NCBI GenBank assembly: GCA_016927995.1
Contig: JAFGLO010000004.1
Span: 955-64,954 of the forward strand
DNA: 64,000 nt
Direction: 5' to 3'
Source of the DNA: Candidatus Dojkabacteria bacterium
GTDB lineage: Bacteria > Patescibacteriota > Dojkabacteria > JAFGLO01
Part shown: piece after piece, positions 20,052 through 29,328 of the stretch
Numbering within the stretch: position 1 is the stretch's first letter
Layout of the letters: every line of letters starts with the position of its first letter
Translations under genes and position numbers: made by a program
The notes under the pieces: generated by a model
The model's input: only the letters and a program-made list of their open reading frames with translations
Told to the model about the DNA's origin: nothing
The model's database searches: none

Positions 20052-20999
20052 TCACTTGAAAATGATATTTTTTTCCATATATGTGATTACCAAGTCGGCC
20101 AAGATATTACCGCCGTGAACAGTAACATGAACACCGTCGGCACCTTTAACCAGCTGAGTAACCCCGTGATCGTCGGCAACGGCTGCCGCATATTCACCGT
20201 TAACAGCAAATCTGTCCCATGCATTTATATAAATTGCGTTATCATATTTTGCACACTCTTCCTTATATATCCTATTAAAAATCTGGAACTTTATATAAAA
20301 ATCATTTGTGTCTCTTGGAATAGGGTGTCCCACCCAGTAAAGAAATTTCACGTCATCGGCAAAGTATTCTAGGAAAAGTGCAACTCTTTCTCTGTAAATA
20401 TCTTCCCATCCATCCTCATAAAGTTGGTAATAAGTGCCATCAAAGGCTTGAATTGCCTGACCATCGTTTGCGCCAATCATAAAGATTAGAATGTCAGGGT
20501 GGTATGTTGTAATGTAATCGTTGGTAACTGTGTACCAATCGTAATAGTCAATTCTATTAAGTCCGGTCGAATATTGACCAAATCTAACAACCGAAACGTC
20601 GTAGTCAATTAATTTTGTCTCAAGCTGAGGACCAAATCCTTCTATTACCATGGAATCACCAAGAATAAGTGCAGAAAACGGTGTTGACAATGACTTTTGT
20701 GGCTCGACGGGTACAGTTGGATTATTTATTGGTTCTTCTATTGATGGGGTATTGCCGATTGGTTGATCCGGAATATCCGGTCGTTGAACATTTTGGGGTG
20801 AAACAGTTTTTGTGCCTTTTATTTTTCCCCAGACCTCTGCTTCCTCTGATTTTATATTATCTATTGTTGTACTTCCGAGTGAGAGTCCGGTTATCTTATT
20901 TATAAGGCTTAGTGTTTTGTCAATGTTAAAAATCAAGACTATTGCACATATAATTGCCCCTGCCCAGAGTATTTTTAGATCTTTTTTCTTTTGATCCAT
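20052..20999 (-). CDS. SGNH/GDSL-family O-acetyltransferase/esterase (DUF459)
   Basis: ILGDSM, STGLNRIDYYDW, MIGANDGQ, DGVH; N-terminal TM. Confidence 0.85.
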   Translation of the reverse strand: MDQKKKDLKILWAGAIICAIVLIFNIDKTLSLINKITGLSLGSTTIDNIKSEEAEVWGKIKGTKTVSPQNVQRPDIPDQPIGNTPSIEEPINNPTVPVEPQKSLSTPFSALILGDSMVIEGFGPQLETKLIDYDVSVVRFGQYSTGLNRIDYYDWYTVTNDYITTYHPDILIFMIGANDGQAIQAFDGTYYQLYEDGWEDIYRERVALFLEYFADDVKFLYWVGHPIPRDTNDFYIKFQIFNRIYKEECAKYDNAIYINAWDRFAVNGEYAAAVADDHGVTQLVKGADGVHVTVHGGNILADLVITYMEKNIIFK

Positions 21000-21000
21000 T

Positions 21001-22401
21001 TTAGAAGTTAAAGTAAATGAAAGGTGGCATTAAGTCGGGACCCAACCTTATTAAGGTATACGCTAATATCCCTGCAATCGCAACAGGTATCAACCCCCTT
21101 AAGTCAAAAAACTTTATAGAGGTCTTTCTAAGAAATGATCCGAATATATTTATTATGATCGTGAAGACAATTATAACTACGATTCTTATAAGATGTCCCT
21201 GGTCTGTGCTTATCTCAAATGTTGAGAAATCAAATAGATTTTTTACGTATGAAACTGCGATTCCAATGGTTTTGCTATTAAAAAATATCCAAGCAAATGT
21301 TACAAAAACATAGGTTATAAACCAACTTGGAATAAGTAGAAGCCATTTAAAAAGCTTAGACTTCAGGCTTTTGTTAAGAGTGATAACCCAGTCCGACAAG
21401 ATGTTTCCTATTCCATGGAGAATTCCCCAGATCATAAATGTGATTCCTGCACCATGCCATAATCCGCTTATAAAAAATGTAATTAGGATGTTAATGTATT
21501 TCCTTAAAATTCCTTTTCTGTTACCGCCCAGCGGGATGTAAATATAGTCTTTCAAAAAGCTCGAAAGGCTAATATGCCAGCGTGCCCAAAACTCCTTGAG
21601 GTTCGTAGCACAATATGGGTAATAAAAGTTATCACCGATTTTAATCCCTATGAGTTTTGTAACCGCAATTGCAAAGTCGGAATATCCGCTAAAGTCGAGG
21701 TATATCATACTACTGTATGCGAATGCACCTATAATTAGCTCGATTCCGTTGTATGCTTGAGGTGTCGAAAAGATATCATCGATAAATTTCCACAGAAAAC
21801 TAGCTAAAACATATTTTTTTAACATTCCGGCAAGTACAAGTGTAATAATTTCACCTCTTGAATACTCTGCATTTTCGGGAGTTCTTAATGATTCGTAAAA
21901 TTCATGTGGACGTTGAATAGGTCCCGATACGACCTGTGGAAAAAATGATACATAGGTTGCATAGCTTACAAACGATGGTTGATATATAAGGTCTATTTTA
22001 TATGAGTCTATTAAGTGTGCCAGTACTCTGAATGTATAAAACGAAATACCTACGGGGGCAAGTATCTCTATAACAGGGATCTTAACCCCCAAAAACAAAA
22101 GTGTATTTGTTGCAAATCCCGTGAATTTAAAAATAAAAAGTGCGGCGATGTTTAAAACAAGACCTAATATAAAAATAGACTTACGTAGCTTCCTTGTGGA
22201 ATTGACAGCCTTTAGGATCAGGAAATTTATTATTATCGAAATTATAAGGATAATAAAGTTTCTTTGACCAAACTGAAAAATAAAGAAAAGGTTTACCGCT
22301 AAAAGAAACCATTTGTAAAGTTTGGGATATGACTTTAATGGTGTCGCAACTAAAAATACAATCGCAAAAAAGAGGAGAAATTTTACGGTAGGGAATGTCA
22401 T
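21001..22401 (-). CDS. MBOAT O-acyltransferase (AlgI/PatA/DltB family)
   Basis: PVGISFYTF, FFPQVVSGPI, DFSGYSD, FWARWHISLS, YIPLGGN, GLWHGA. Confidence 0.93.
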   Translation of the reverse strand: MTFPTVKFLLFFAIVFLVATPLKSYPKLYKWFLLAVNLFFIFQFGQRNFIILIISIIINFLILKAVNSTRKLRKSIFILGLVLNIAALFIFKFTGFATNTLLFLGVKIPVIEILAPVGISFYTFRVLAHLIDSYKIDLIYQPSFVSYATYVSFFPQVVSGPIQRPHEFYESLRTPENAEYSRGEIITLVLAGMLKKYVLASFLWKFIDDIFSTPQAYNGIELIIGAFAYSSMIYLDFSGYSDFAIAVTKLIGIKIGDNFYYPYCATNLKEFWARWHISLSSFLKDYIYIPLGGNRKGILRKYINILITFFISGLWHGAGITFMIWGILHGIGNILSDWVITLNKSLKSKLFKWLLLIPSWFITYVFVTFAWIFFNSKTIGIAVSYVKNLFDFSTFEISTDQGHLIRIVVIIVFTIIINIFGSFLRKTSIKFFDLRGLIPVAIAGILAYTLIRLGPDLMPPFIYFNF

Positions 22402-22405
22402 TTAT

Positions 22406-22783
22406 TTATTCCTCTATAATATCGACAAGTTCAACCTCAAAGATTAATGTTGCATTAGCGGGAATTGTTGGAGGGCTGCCTGCTTCACCATAGGCCTTTT
22501 CGGGTGGGATGGTTAGAGTCTTTTTTTCGCCAACGGTCATTCCAACGATTCCTTCGTCCCAACCTTTGATAACTTTACCTGCACCTAGTTCAAAGGTGTA
22601 AGGAGTGCCTGTATCGTATGAGCTTTCGAATTGTGTTCCGTCTTCTAATTTTCCAATATAGTGAACCGAGATGGTATCACCTGTCTCCGCAACATTTTTT
22701 TGTTTTTCCGGAAGGGAAAGCAAAATTAGTGCAATACCAATAATTACGGTGAGGATAAGCAGTAGTGTTCCTGTTTTTGCCAT
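22406..22783 (-). CDS. FKBP-type peptidyl-prolyl isomerase with N-terminal anchor
   Basis: VHYIGKL, VIKGWDEG, IPPEKAYG, IPANATLIFEVEL. Confidence 0.92.
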   Translation of the reverse strand: MAKTGTLLLILTVIIGIALILLSLPEKQKNVAETGDTISVHYIGKLEDGTQFESSYDTGTPYTFELGAGKVIKGWDEGIVGMTVGEKKTLTIPPEKAYGEAGSPPTIPANATLIFEVELVDIIEE

Positions 22784-22818
22784 TGATATAAGGTTTATTT
22801 TATGCAAAGTTATTATAT

Positions 22819-23005
22819 ATTTGAGTTTGTTTTTTCACAAGCTGCTTGGTTTAGTCGCTTGATTGTTAAAGTTTTTTTAACTAAAGTTGGCTATTACTCT
22901 AAGGCCCCTGGGGGCACAGGGAACCTTTAATAAGTTTATGGGACTATTGTGCTTGAACAAGCAGCGTTCATCAGTTATCATTGAAGGACATAAATAAATT
23001 TAAAT
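22819..23005 (+). ncRNA. candidate long rod-shaped RNA (6S-like or raiA leader)
   Basis: Nested pairings 22819-31/22993-23005 (G-U wobbles), 22841-48/22958-65, apical stem 22901-22927. Confidence 0.45.
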
Positions 23006-23013
23006 TTTACTAA

Positions 23014-23568
23014 ATGGGCATTCAGATAGATGGCGTTGGAATGGAAATAACCCAAGCAATAAGCGATTATATTGAAAAGAAGTTTTCAAAATTTGATCGT
23101 TTTGTCGACTTTATTACCGAGGTTCGAGTTCGTTGTAAAGAGCTTAAAGCGTCTCGTGGTGTAAAAGAAGATTTTAAAGTTGAAGTCACCGTTGCTGTGC
23201 CTGGTACTATAATAAGAGTTGAAAAATCAGGCAGTGATATTTATCTTTTAGTTGATGAGATCGAGCGAGTTGTAATTCGAAAACTTAACCGATACAAAGA
23301 ACTTTCCGAAGACTTCAAAAAAGGCTCCTTGCCCGAAAAGTTCTATGAGAATATACATACCCCGGATGATGCTTTCTATACCAGCTACATTCCCAAAGTT
23401 ATTCGAAGAAAAAAGATTGCCAGTCCAGTTCCTATGAGTGAGGCAGAAGCAATTGAGCGCATGGAACTTGCTGATCTTACTTTTTTTATGTTTAAAAACA
23501 GATCAAACAATGAATGGGCTGTAGTGTATAAGCGTGACGATGGGACTTACGGAATTGTAGAACCATAA
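23014..23568 (+). CDS. hpf: ribosome hibernation promoting factor (long HPF/RaiA)
   Basis: MEITQAISDYIEKKF N-terminal domain; PMSEAEAIERMEL...VVYKRDDGTYGIVEP C-terminal domain. Confidence 0.92.
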   Translation: MGIQIDGVGMEITQAISDYIEKKFSKFDRFVDFITEVRVRCKELKASRGVKEDFKVEVTVAVPGTIIRVEKSGSDIYLLVDEIERVVIRKLNRYKELSEDFKKGSLPEKFYENIHTPDDAFYTSYIPKVIRRKKIASPVPMSEAEAIERMELADLTFFMFKNRSNNEWAVVYKRDDGTYGIVEP

Positions 23569-23633
23569 ACCTATTTATTGTATCTCTTTGCGACAGATGG
23601 TATAATATTAGTATATAAGTTTTAGGTCTAATA

Positions 23634-24584
23634 ATGGCCGAAAATCAAGGTCCGAACAATGCAAATCCCAAGTCTGCCGATGTAATTACTTCTCCCCCTA
23701 AAGCAGGAATTGGTACAGTAGAAGCTATTGGCAAAACGGCCTCAAAAATCCTTGGCGGAGTAGATTTTCTGGCTGGATCTGTTGCAACAGGTCTAACGGC
23801 AGTTGCATTAAGTTCTGGACTTGTTGGTCCAGCTCTTGTTCTAGGTACTGCAGCTACCGGGCTATTTCTTCAAGCTAGGCGTAAAAAACAGGAGGCTGAA
23901 ATTCTTTCCGGAAAAGTAGAAATGACATTAGGTTATGAGGCTGGAACAGCAAAGGAAGCATCAAAAATTTGGTATGATAAAAAGCTTGGCCAGTCGTATC
24001 CAATTATTTCGACTTTAGCGGGAACAATCGGCGGCGCATTTGCCGGGGTTGCAGGAATTACTGCACTTTCACTACTCGGAATTTCACTTACAGCTACGGG
24101 AGCTTGGGTTGGTATTGCTGCTGCCGCGTTAGGTATGGGTGTTTATCAGTGGTTTGTTTCAAAAGCCGAGATAAGCGGATACGAAGCACTGGGCGAACTT
24201 AATCCTCAAAAACAATCTGATTTTTGGTTCCTTGCCAACTTAGGTGGAGGAATCGATGTGTTTTCAAATGTAGCAAGACTTATTGCAAATATTCGTGCTA
24301 AAAAGGCATTGAATATGTATAAAGCAACAATGGAAAAGCAGGTTGCTGATAAACCTCAGGATAGTGTATCACAACAACCAGAACAAACAGGGCATCCCGC
24401 AACTAACACAGCAAATCCGGAAAGCAATAATACACAAGAGCATCCGGCTAATGCAGTAGATGCTAACGCAACGGCGGAAGCACCTGTTGATGATCAAGCC
24501 GGTCATCCCGATCAATCTTCCGCCAACCCAGGTGAGCCCAACGTTCAAACCGCTTCCGGAAATACTGCCGCCCAAGTAGCTTAA
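23634..24584 (+). CDS. Gly/Ala-rich membrane protein with disordered tail (paralog A)
   Basis: Two GxxxG-rich hydrophobic hairpins; Q/P/N/A-rich C-terminus. Confidence 0.7.
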   Translation: MAENQGPNNANPKSADVITSPPKAGIGTVEAIGKTASKILGGVDFLAGSVATGLTAVALSSGLVGPALVLGTAATGLFLQARRKKQEAEILSGKVEMTLGYEAGTAKEASKIWYDKKLGQSYPIISTLAGTIGGAFAGVAGITALSLLGISLTATGAWVGIAAAALGMGVYQWFVSKAEISGYEALGELNPQKQSDFWFLANLGGGIDVFSNVARLIANIRAKKALNMYKATMEKQVADKPQDSVSQQPEQTGHPATNTANPESNNTQEHPANAVDANATAEAPVDDQAGHPDQSSANPGEPNVQTASGNTAAQVA

Positions 24585-24599
24585 TTAATCGTTATTAAA

Positions 24600-25238
24600 A
24601 TGTCGCTTAGAAAAACACTATGGCGGGCAGGCGAGTTAGCAAATGATCTTGGGTATTATTACGAGGCCGGTTTAGAAGGAATCTGTTCTACAGTATGCAC
24701 CGTAGGTGCACTGGGCGCATTAGTATTTGGTGCTTCCATCGAGATACCAGTGCTTTTGGGTGCAGTAGGTATTTCTTATGGACTTGCCGGAGTAAGGGCT
24801 TTATTAAGACGTAAGTTTAATAAAGATATGTTTAGGTTAACAGAAAAGGAAGGTGCTCCTTCGATAAAGACTTCCGATCGATGGTTTGATGAAAATCTAG
24901 CGCAAAATATGCCTTTGGTTGAAGGGTTAACAATGGGTGCTATAGGAGCTACTGCAGTGGGGTTTGGTGCAGTTGCAATAGGGTTGCCGCTTACATTAGG
25001 AGTTGGTGCAGTTATGCTAGGCTCGGCAATCGCAACGGGAGCTGTATCGTATTTAATAACAAAAGCAGAAGTAAGCCAGTATGAAGCGCTTGGCAATGGA
25101 GATCCAAAACTCGAATCTAATTGTTGGTTTGGTGCAAAGATATTAAGATTTTTAGGAAATATGGAATTTCATCCATTTGCAACTGCAGGAGAAGTTGTTA
25201 CTACCTTGGCTGCTCAGGATACAATAAGTCGTATGTAA
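24600..25238 (+). CDS. Gly/Ala-rich membrane protein (paralog B)
   Basis: Shares KAE(I/V)SxYEALG..P...WF with the upstream gene. Confidence 0.7.
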   Translation: MSLRKTLWRAGELANDLGYYYEAGLEGICSTVCTVGALGALVFGASIEIPVLLGAVGISYGLAGVRALLRRKFNKDMFRLTEKEGAPSIKTSDRWFDENLAQNMPLVEGLTMGAIGATAVGFGAVAIGLPLTLGVGAVMLGSAIATGAVSYLITKAEVSQYEALGNGDPKLESNCWFGAKILRFLGNMEFHPFATAGEVVTTLAAQDTISRM

Positions 25239-25262
25239 GTTCTAATTTAATAAACTGCCAGA

Positions 25263-25628
25263 ATGAATCCAGATCAGATAACAAAAAAAATGCACACAAT
25301 CCTTGAGGTTGTTGGATATTCCACAGAGGATCAGTATAAGCGTGTCACAGATTTTATAAATATTGGAAAACTTACATTTTTAGAACAGGTATTAGGAACG
25401 CTTGATAAAGCTAAACAGAAAGAGCTTGAAGAGTTTGCTAAAGAAAGCAAAGACATTCAAAAAATTATTGAAAAACTTTCTGTGCTTCTGGAAAAAGATC
25501 ACGAGTATTTTGTAAAGCTTTATTCCGAGGTTTTAAATAGCCTTTTTAAGGATTATCTCGATACTGTTTATCCGGTTTGCACAGAAATTCAACGGAAGCA
25601 GATAGATGATATATTAGTGAGTGTTTAG
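25263..25628 (+). CDS. small alpha-helical hypothetical protein
   Basis: 121-aa charged helical ORF, co-oriented with the paralog pair. Confidence 0.65.
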   Translation: MNPDQITKKMHTILEVVGYSTEDQYKRVTDFINIGKLTFLEQVLGTLDKAKQKELEEFAKESKDIQKIIEKLSVLLEKDHEYFVKLYSEVLNSLFKDYLDTVYPVCTEIQRKQIDDILVSV

Positions 25629-25673
25629 GTTAGCTTCTCCGATCTGTGGTTTGGTTCAAACTGTTGTGGATAT

Positions 25674-27314
25674 TTATTTCCCGATGAACTCAACGAGATT
25701 TAAGCCATTCATTGGTTCGGGTGGAGTAATTCCAAGTAAGTAAAGCACAGTTGTTCCGACATCAGCTAGAATTCCGGTAGCCGGTGAGTTTTCGGGATAT
25801 CCGACCTTTGGAAGATTTCCTGATTTTTTGTAAAGTTTCTCGGATTTTGGACCGTTTTTATAAATTTTGGTGAATGCAGGGAATTTTTTTATATCATCCG
25901 CAAAGATAAATGGAACATTATTTAATGTGTGTGATTTTAGCCGTTTGCCGTCCTTGGGATCGATCATTGATTCACAGTTACCATGATCCGATGTAATGAT
26001 TACCTGTCCACCCTTTTGTAAAATTTCAAAAACAACTTCACCGACACATTCATCGGTAACCTCTACGGCCTTGATCGCCGCTTCCAGATCGCCTGTATGA
26101 CCGACCATGTCAGGATTGGCAAAGTTAACAAGGTAAAAATCAAAGCTGTCTTTTCTGATTTGAGTAATTAGTTCATCTTTAACGGGATATGCACTCATTT
26201 CCGGGACAACGACATAATCTTTTACTAAAGGAGATGGGATTCTAAAAAGAAGTTCCTTGTCGTGTTTTGCTTCAACTCCACCATTAAAAAAGTATGATAT
26301 ATGAGCGTATTTTTCAGTTTCCGCAATATGCATTTGGCGAAGGTTGTAGGCTGCTAAAACATCGGGTACTGTAACCTCTGGATATACAGGCGGGAAAATA
26401 ACCTCGGTGTTTAATCCTTCGGCGTAACCCACCATTGACACAAATCGGATATCTTTCAGGGTTTTCTTTCTCGTAAACCCGGTAAAATCTTCCTGAACAA
26501 ATGCCTGGGTAATTTGTCTAGCACGGTCTTCACGGAAATTAAAAAATAGAACGTAGTCGGAATCTTCAATGCATCCTATGGGTTTTTCTGTCCGCGAATC
26601 TAAAAGAATTGTGGGTTCGAATATTTCATCGGTTTCTTTTTGCTTGTATGCCTCCTGCAGGGCTAAGTATGGATCATTGGCAGATCTGCCTTCTATACCA
26701 AGCATACAGTTATATGCCTTTTCCGTACGTTCCCATCTTGTATTTCGGTCCATTGAAAAAAACCTTCCTGTCATTGTTGCAATTTGTCCAACCCGTAACT
26801 CGGCTATTTTGGCTTTAAGATGATTTAAAAAGAAATAAGCTTCCTGCTCCCCGGTATCTCGACCATCGAGAAACAAATGCAAATAGGGATTGACTTTTTG
26901 GTTGGCTGCAATTTCGAGTAACTTGTAAAGATGTTTAATATGACCGTGTACGCCTGCATTTGAGAGTACGCCCATAAAATGCACACGTTTTTTTTCTTTT
27001 CTGGCCTTTTTAAAAAGTTCGTTTAGGAACTTGTCTTTTAAAAATGATCCGGTTTCAATTGATTCATTAATAAGTTGTAGGTTTTGGGGAATAACCTGAC
27101 CTGCACCCATGTTAATATGACCGACTTCGGAGTTTCCTGTATATCCCTGATCTAGTCCAACTGCAGCCTCTGATGCTCGAATTAAGGTAGTATGTGCGCA
27201 GTTGCTCCAAAGAAGGTCAAGGTTTGGTGTATCGGCCTTATGGATTGCGTTACCCAAAGATTCTACTGAAAGTCCAAACCCATCCATTACAATTAGCACT
27301 AGTGGTTTTGTCAT
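25674..27314 (-). CDS. gpmI: 2,3-bisphosphoglycerate-independent phosphoglycerate mutase
   Basis: MDGFG, GNSEVGH, DGRDT, AETEKYAH, NPDMVGHTG, SDHGNCE. Confidence 0.96.
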   Translation of the reverse strand: MTKPLVLIVMDGFGLSVESLGNAIHKADTPNLDLLWSNCAHTTLIRASEAAVGLDQGYTGNSEVGHINMGAGQVIPQNLQLINESIETGSFLKDKFLNELFKKARKEKKRVHFMGVLSNAGVHGHIKHLYKLLEIAANQKVNPYLHLFLDGRDTGEQEAYFFLNHLKAKIAELRVGQIATMTGRFFSMDRNTRWERTEKAYNCMLGIEGRSANDPYLALQEAYKQKETDEIFEPTILLDSRTEKPIGCIEDSDYVLFFNFREDRARQITQAFVQEDFTGFTRKKTLKDIRFVSMVGYAEGLNTEVIFPPVYPEVTVPDVLAAYNLRQMHIAETEKYAHISYFFNGGVEAKHDKELLFRIPSPLVKDYVVVPEMSAYPVKDELITQIRKDSFDFYLVNFANPDMVGHTGDLEAAIKAVEVTDECVGEVVFEILQKGGQVIITSDHGNCESMIDPKDGKRLKSHTLNNVPFIFADDIKKFPAFTKIYKNGPKSEKLYKKSGNLPKVGYPENSPATGILADVGTTVLYLLGITPPEPMNGLNLVEFIGK

Positions 27315-27368
27315 GTGTTTTATATTATCGTGATATAATTAATTGATTTTAGCATAATAACAAAAATA

Positions 27369-28454
27369 ATGGAGCTTACCAGAAAAATTATAGATGAGAT
27401 AACTGGTCGGATAGATTTGTTGGCAGGTGAACTTGATAAATCCTCATTATATGCACAAAAGACAGAATTGGAGGGAAAGATGGGAGACAAGGACTTTTGG
27501 AATGATCCGGTAGCTGCCTCAAAAATAAATGAGCTCTTCTCGGATGTAACAAAGAAAATTGAACTTATAGAAAAATTATATTCCACCAAAAGCGAGATTT
27601 TATCATATTTCGAGTTATACTCGGATCCTACAGTGGGACCTAAAGACAGAAGGAACATCGAAAAAGAGATGGAAAAACTTTTGAAAGTTATAAAAGATAT
27701 TGAAATTATAGTAAAACTTAACGGAAAGTTCGACAAAAAAGATTCGATTATCACAATAAAAGCCGGACAAGGCGGTACCGATGCCTGTGACTGGGTTTCC
27801 ATGTTGTATCGAATGTATACGAAGTTTGTTAATTCAGTAGGATGGGGACTACAAATAATTGATGAGGTAAAGTCCGAGGAAGCCGGTTATACCCAAGTTG
27901 TATTTAAAGTCATTGCTGATTATGCTTACGGTTACCTTAAATCTGAAACAGGAGTACATAGACTGGTTCGAATATCTCCTTTTAATGCCCAAGGTTTAAG
28001 ACAAACCTCGTTTGCGGGTGTTGAGGTAATGCCTGCATTAGATAAGCTAGATACCAAGGATTTTCAGATTCCCGAAGGGGAAATCGAGTTTAAAGCTACA
28101 ATGGCAAGTGGTCCCGGTGGTCAGAATGTTAATAAAAACATGACTGCGGTTCGTCTTACTCATATACCTACAGGAATCTCGGTACGTTGTGCTTCTCAAC
28201 GAAGTCAGGTACAAAACAGGGAGAATGCAATGGAAATTCTAAAATCGAAACTTTTGACAATAGAAGAGGACAAAGAAGAATCAAAACGGCAGAATCTTAG
28301 AAAGGATGTTAAAGACGCTCAGTGGGGAAACCAGATTCGAAATTATGTTTTGCATCCCTATAAACTGGTTAAGGATCTACGTTCCGGAATTGAACGTAGT
28401 GATGTTGATAACGTTTTAGATGGTGATCTTTGGGATTTGGTGAGTAGTAAATAG
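27369..28454 (+). CDS. prfB: peptide chain release factor 2
   Basis: HRLVRISPF (SPF motif), GPGGQNVNK, WGNQIRNYVLHPY; continuous ORF. Confidence 0.95.
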   Translation: MELTRKIIDEITGRIDLLAGELDKSSLYAQKTELEGKMGDKDFWNDPVAASKINELFSDVTKKIELIEKLYSTKSEILSYFELYSDPTVGPKDRRNIEKEMEKLLKVIKDIEIIVKLNGKFDKKDSIITIKAGQGGTDACDWVSMLYRMYTKFVNSVGWGLQIIDEVKSEEAGYTQVVFKVIADYAYGYLKSETGVHRLVRISPFNAQGLRQTSFAGVEVMPALDKLDTKDFQIPEGEIEFKATMASGPGGQNVNKNMTAVRLTHIPTGISVRCASQRSQVQNRENAMEILKSKLLTIEEDKEESKRQNLRKDVKDAQWGNQIRNYVLHPYKLVKDLRSGIERSDVDNVLDGDLWDLVSSK

Positions 28455-28458
28455 GAAG

Positions 28459-28612
28459 AGTTCAGATTTAAAGCCCAAACTCTCTGTTTCGCTCAGGTCC
28501 GGATCTATGTCTTAAACCCAAGCACTTTCCCCCCTTAGGGATCTTTGCTAAGCGTGTGAATAAACTTGTTAAGAATAGCTACCTTTTCGGCGCTAACACT
28601 TTACTCTGAACT
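28459..28612. ncRNA. candidate structured ncRNA between prfB and ftsE
   Basis: Closing stem agttcaga/tctgaact; inner stems ctatgtcttaa/ttaagaatag, agca/tgct and tccc/ggga. Confidence 0.4.
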
Positions 28613-28659
28613 TGTCAGCTGATACAATGTAATAGTATAAACTACACTGCCAATAACGA

Positions 28660-29328
28660 ATGTTACAAATAAAAAACGTATCCAAACAGTATCCGGGCAA
28701 TATATTTGCACTTTCAAATATATCATTTAATGTTGACTCGGGGGAGCTTTGTTATCTTATCGGTCATTCCGGAGCTGGAAAATCTACATTGGTAAAACTA
28801 ATTCTGCGTGAAGAATCACCAACGGAAGGAGCTATTCAATTTAACGACGTACTGGTTTCCGAACTTCCGGATGATTATATCCAGGCCTATCGTCAACAAA
28901 TAGGTATTGTTTTCCAGGATTATAAGCTTATAAAAACCAAAACGGCCATAGAGAACATAATTTTTGCCATGGAAGTTACAGGAAGAGATGGTTCTGAAAT
29001 AAAAAGTAAAGGCTTTCAATTGTTAGAGGCAGTTGGACTAAAAGGTAAAGAAAATCTTTATCCTGAACAGCTTTCCGGCGGGGAGGCACAGCGAGTTTCG
29101 ATTGCTCGTGCTATTGCTAATGACCCGGTTATTGTAATTGCTGATGAGCCAACCGGAAATCTTGACTTTAGGACTTCACTAGGAATTCTTGATCTTTTGG
29201 AAGAAATTCGAAAAACCTTTAATACAACAATAATTGTTGCCACACATGATATGGAGATTGTTTCAAATGGTGGTGGTCACGTGATAGAATTAAAAGACGG
29301 CAAATTAATTAGAGATATTAATAAATGA
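28660..29328 (+). CDS. ftsE: cell division ATP-binding protein FtsE
   Basis: GHSGAGKST, VFQDYKL, LSGGEAQRV, ADEPTGNLD; overlaps ftsX. Confidence 0.9.
   Translation: MLQIKNVSKQYPGNIFALSNISFNVDSGELCYLIGHSGAGKSTLVKLILREESPTEGAIQFNDVLVSELPDDYIQAYRQQIGIVFQDYKLIKTKTAIENIIFAMEVTGRDGSEIKSKGFQLLEAVGLKGKENLYPEQLSGGEAQRVSIARAIANDPVIVIADEPTGNLDFRTSLGILDLLEEIRKTFNTTIIVATHDMEIVSNGGGHVIELKDGKLIRDINK

Noticed and set aside
27369-27480. Programmed +1 frameshift in prfB
   Set aside because: The ORF is continuous with no CTT-TGA site. Loss of the frameshift is a known, fairly common state.
28493-28503. TCAGGTCCGGA resembling SRP RNA domain IV
   Set aside because: The required downstream AGGAAGCAGC is missing.
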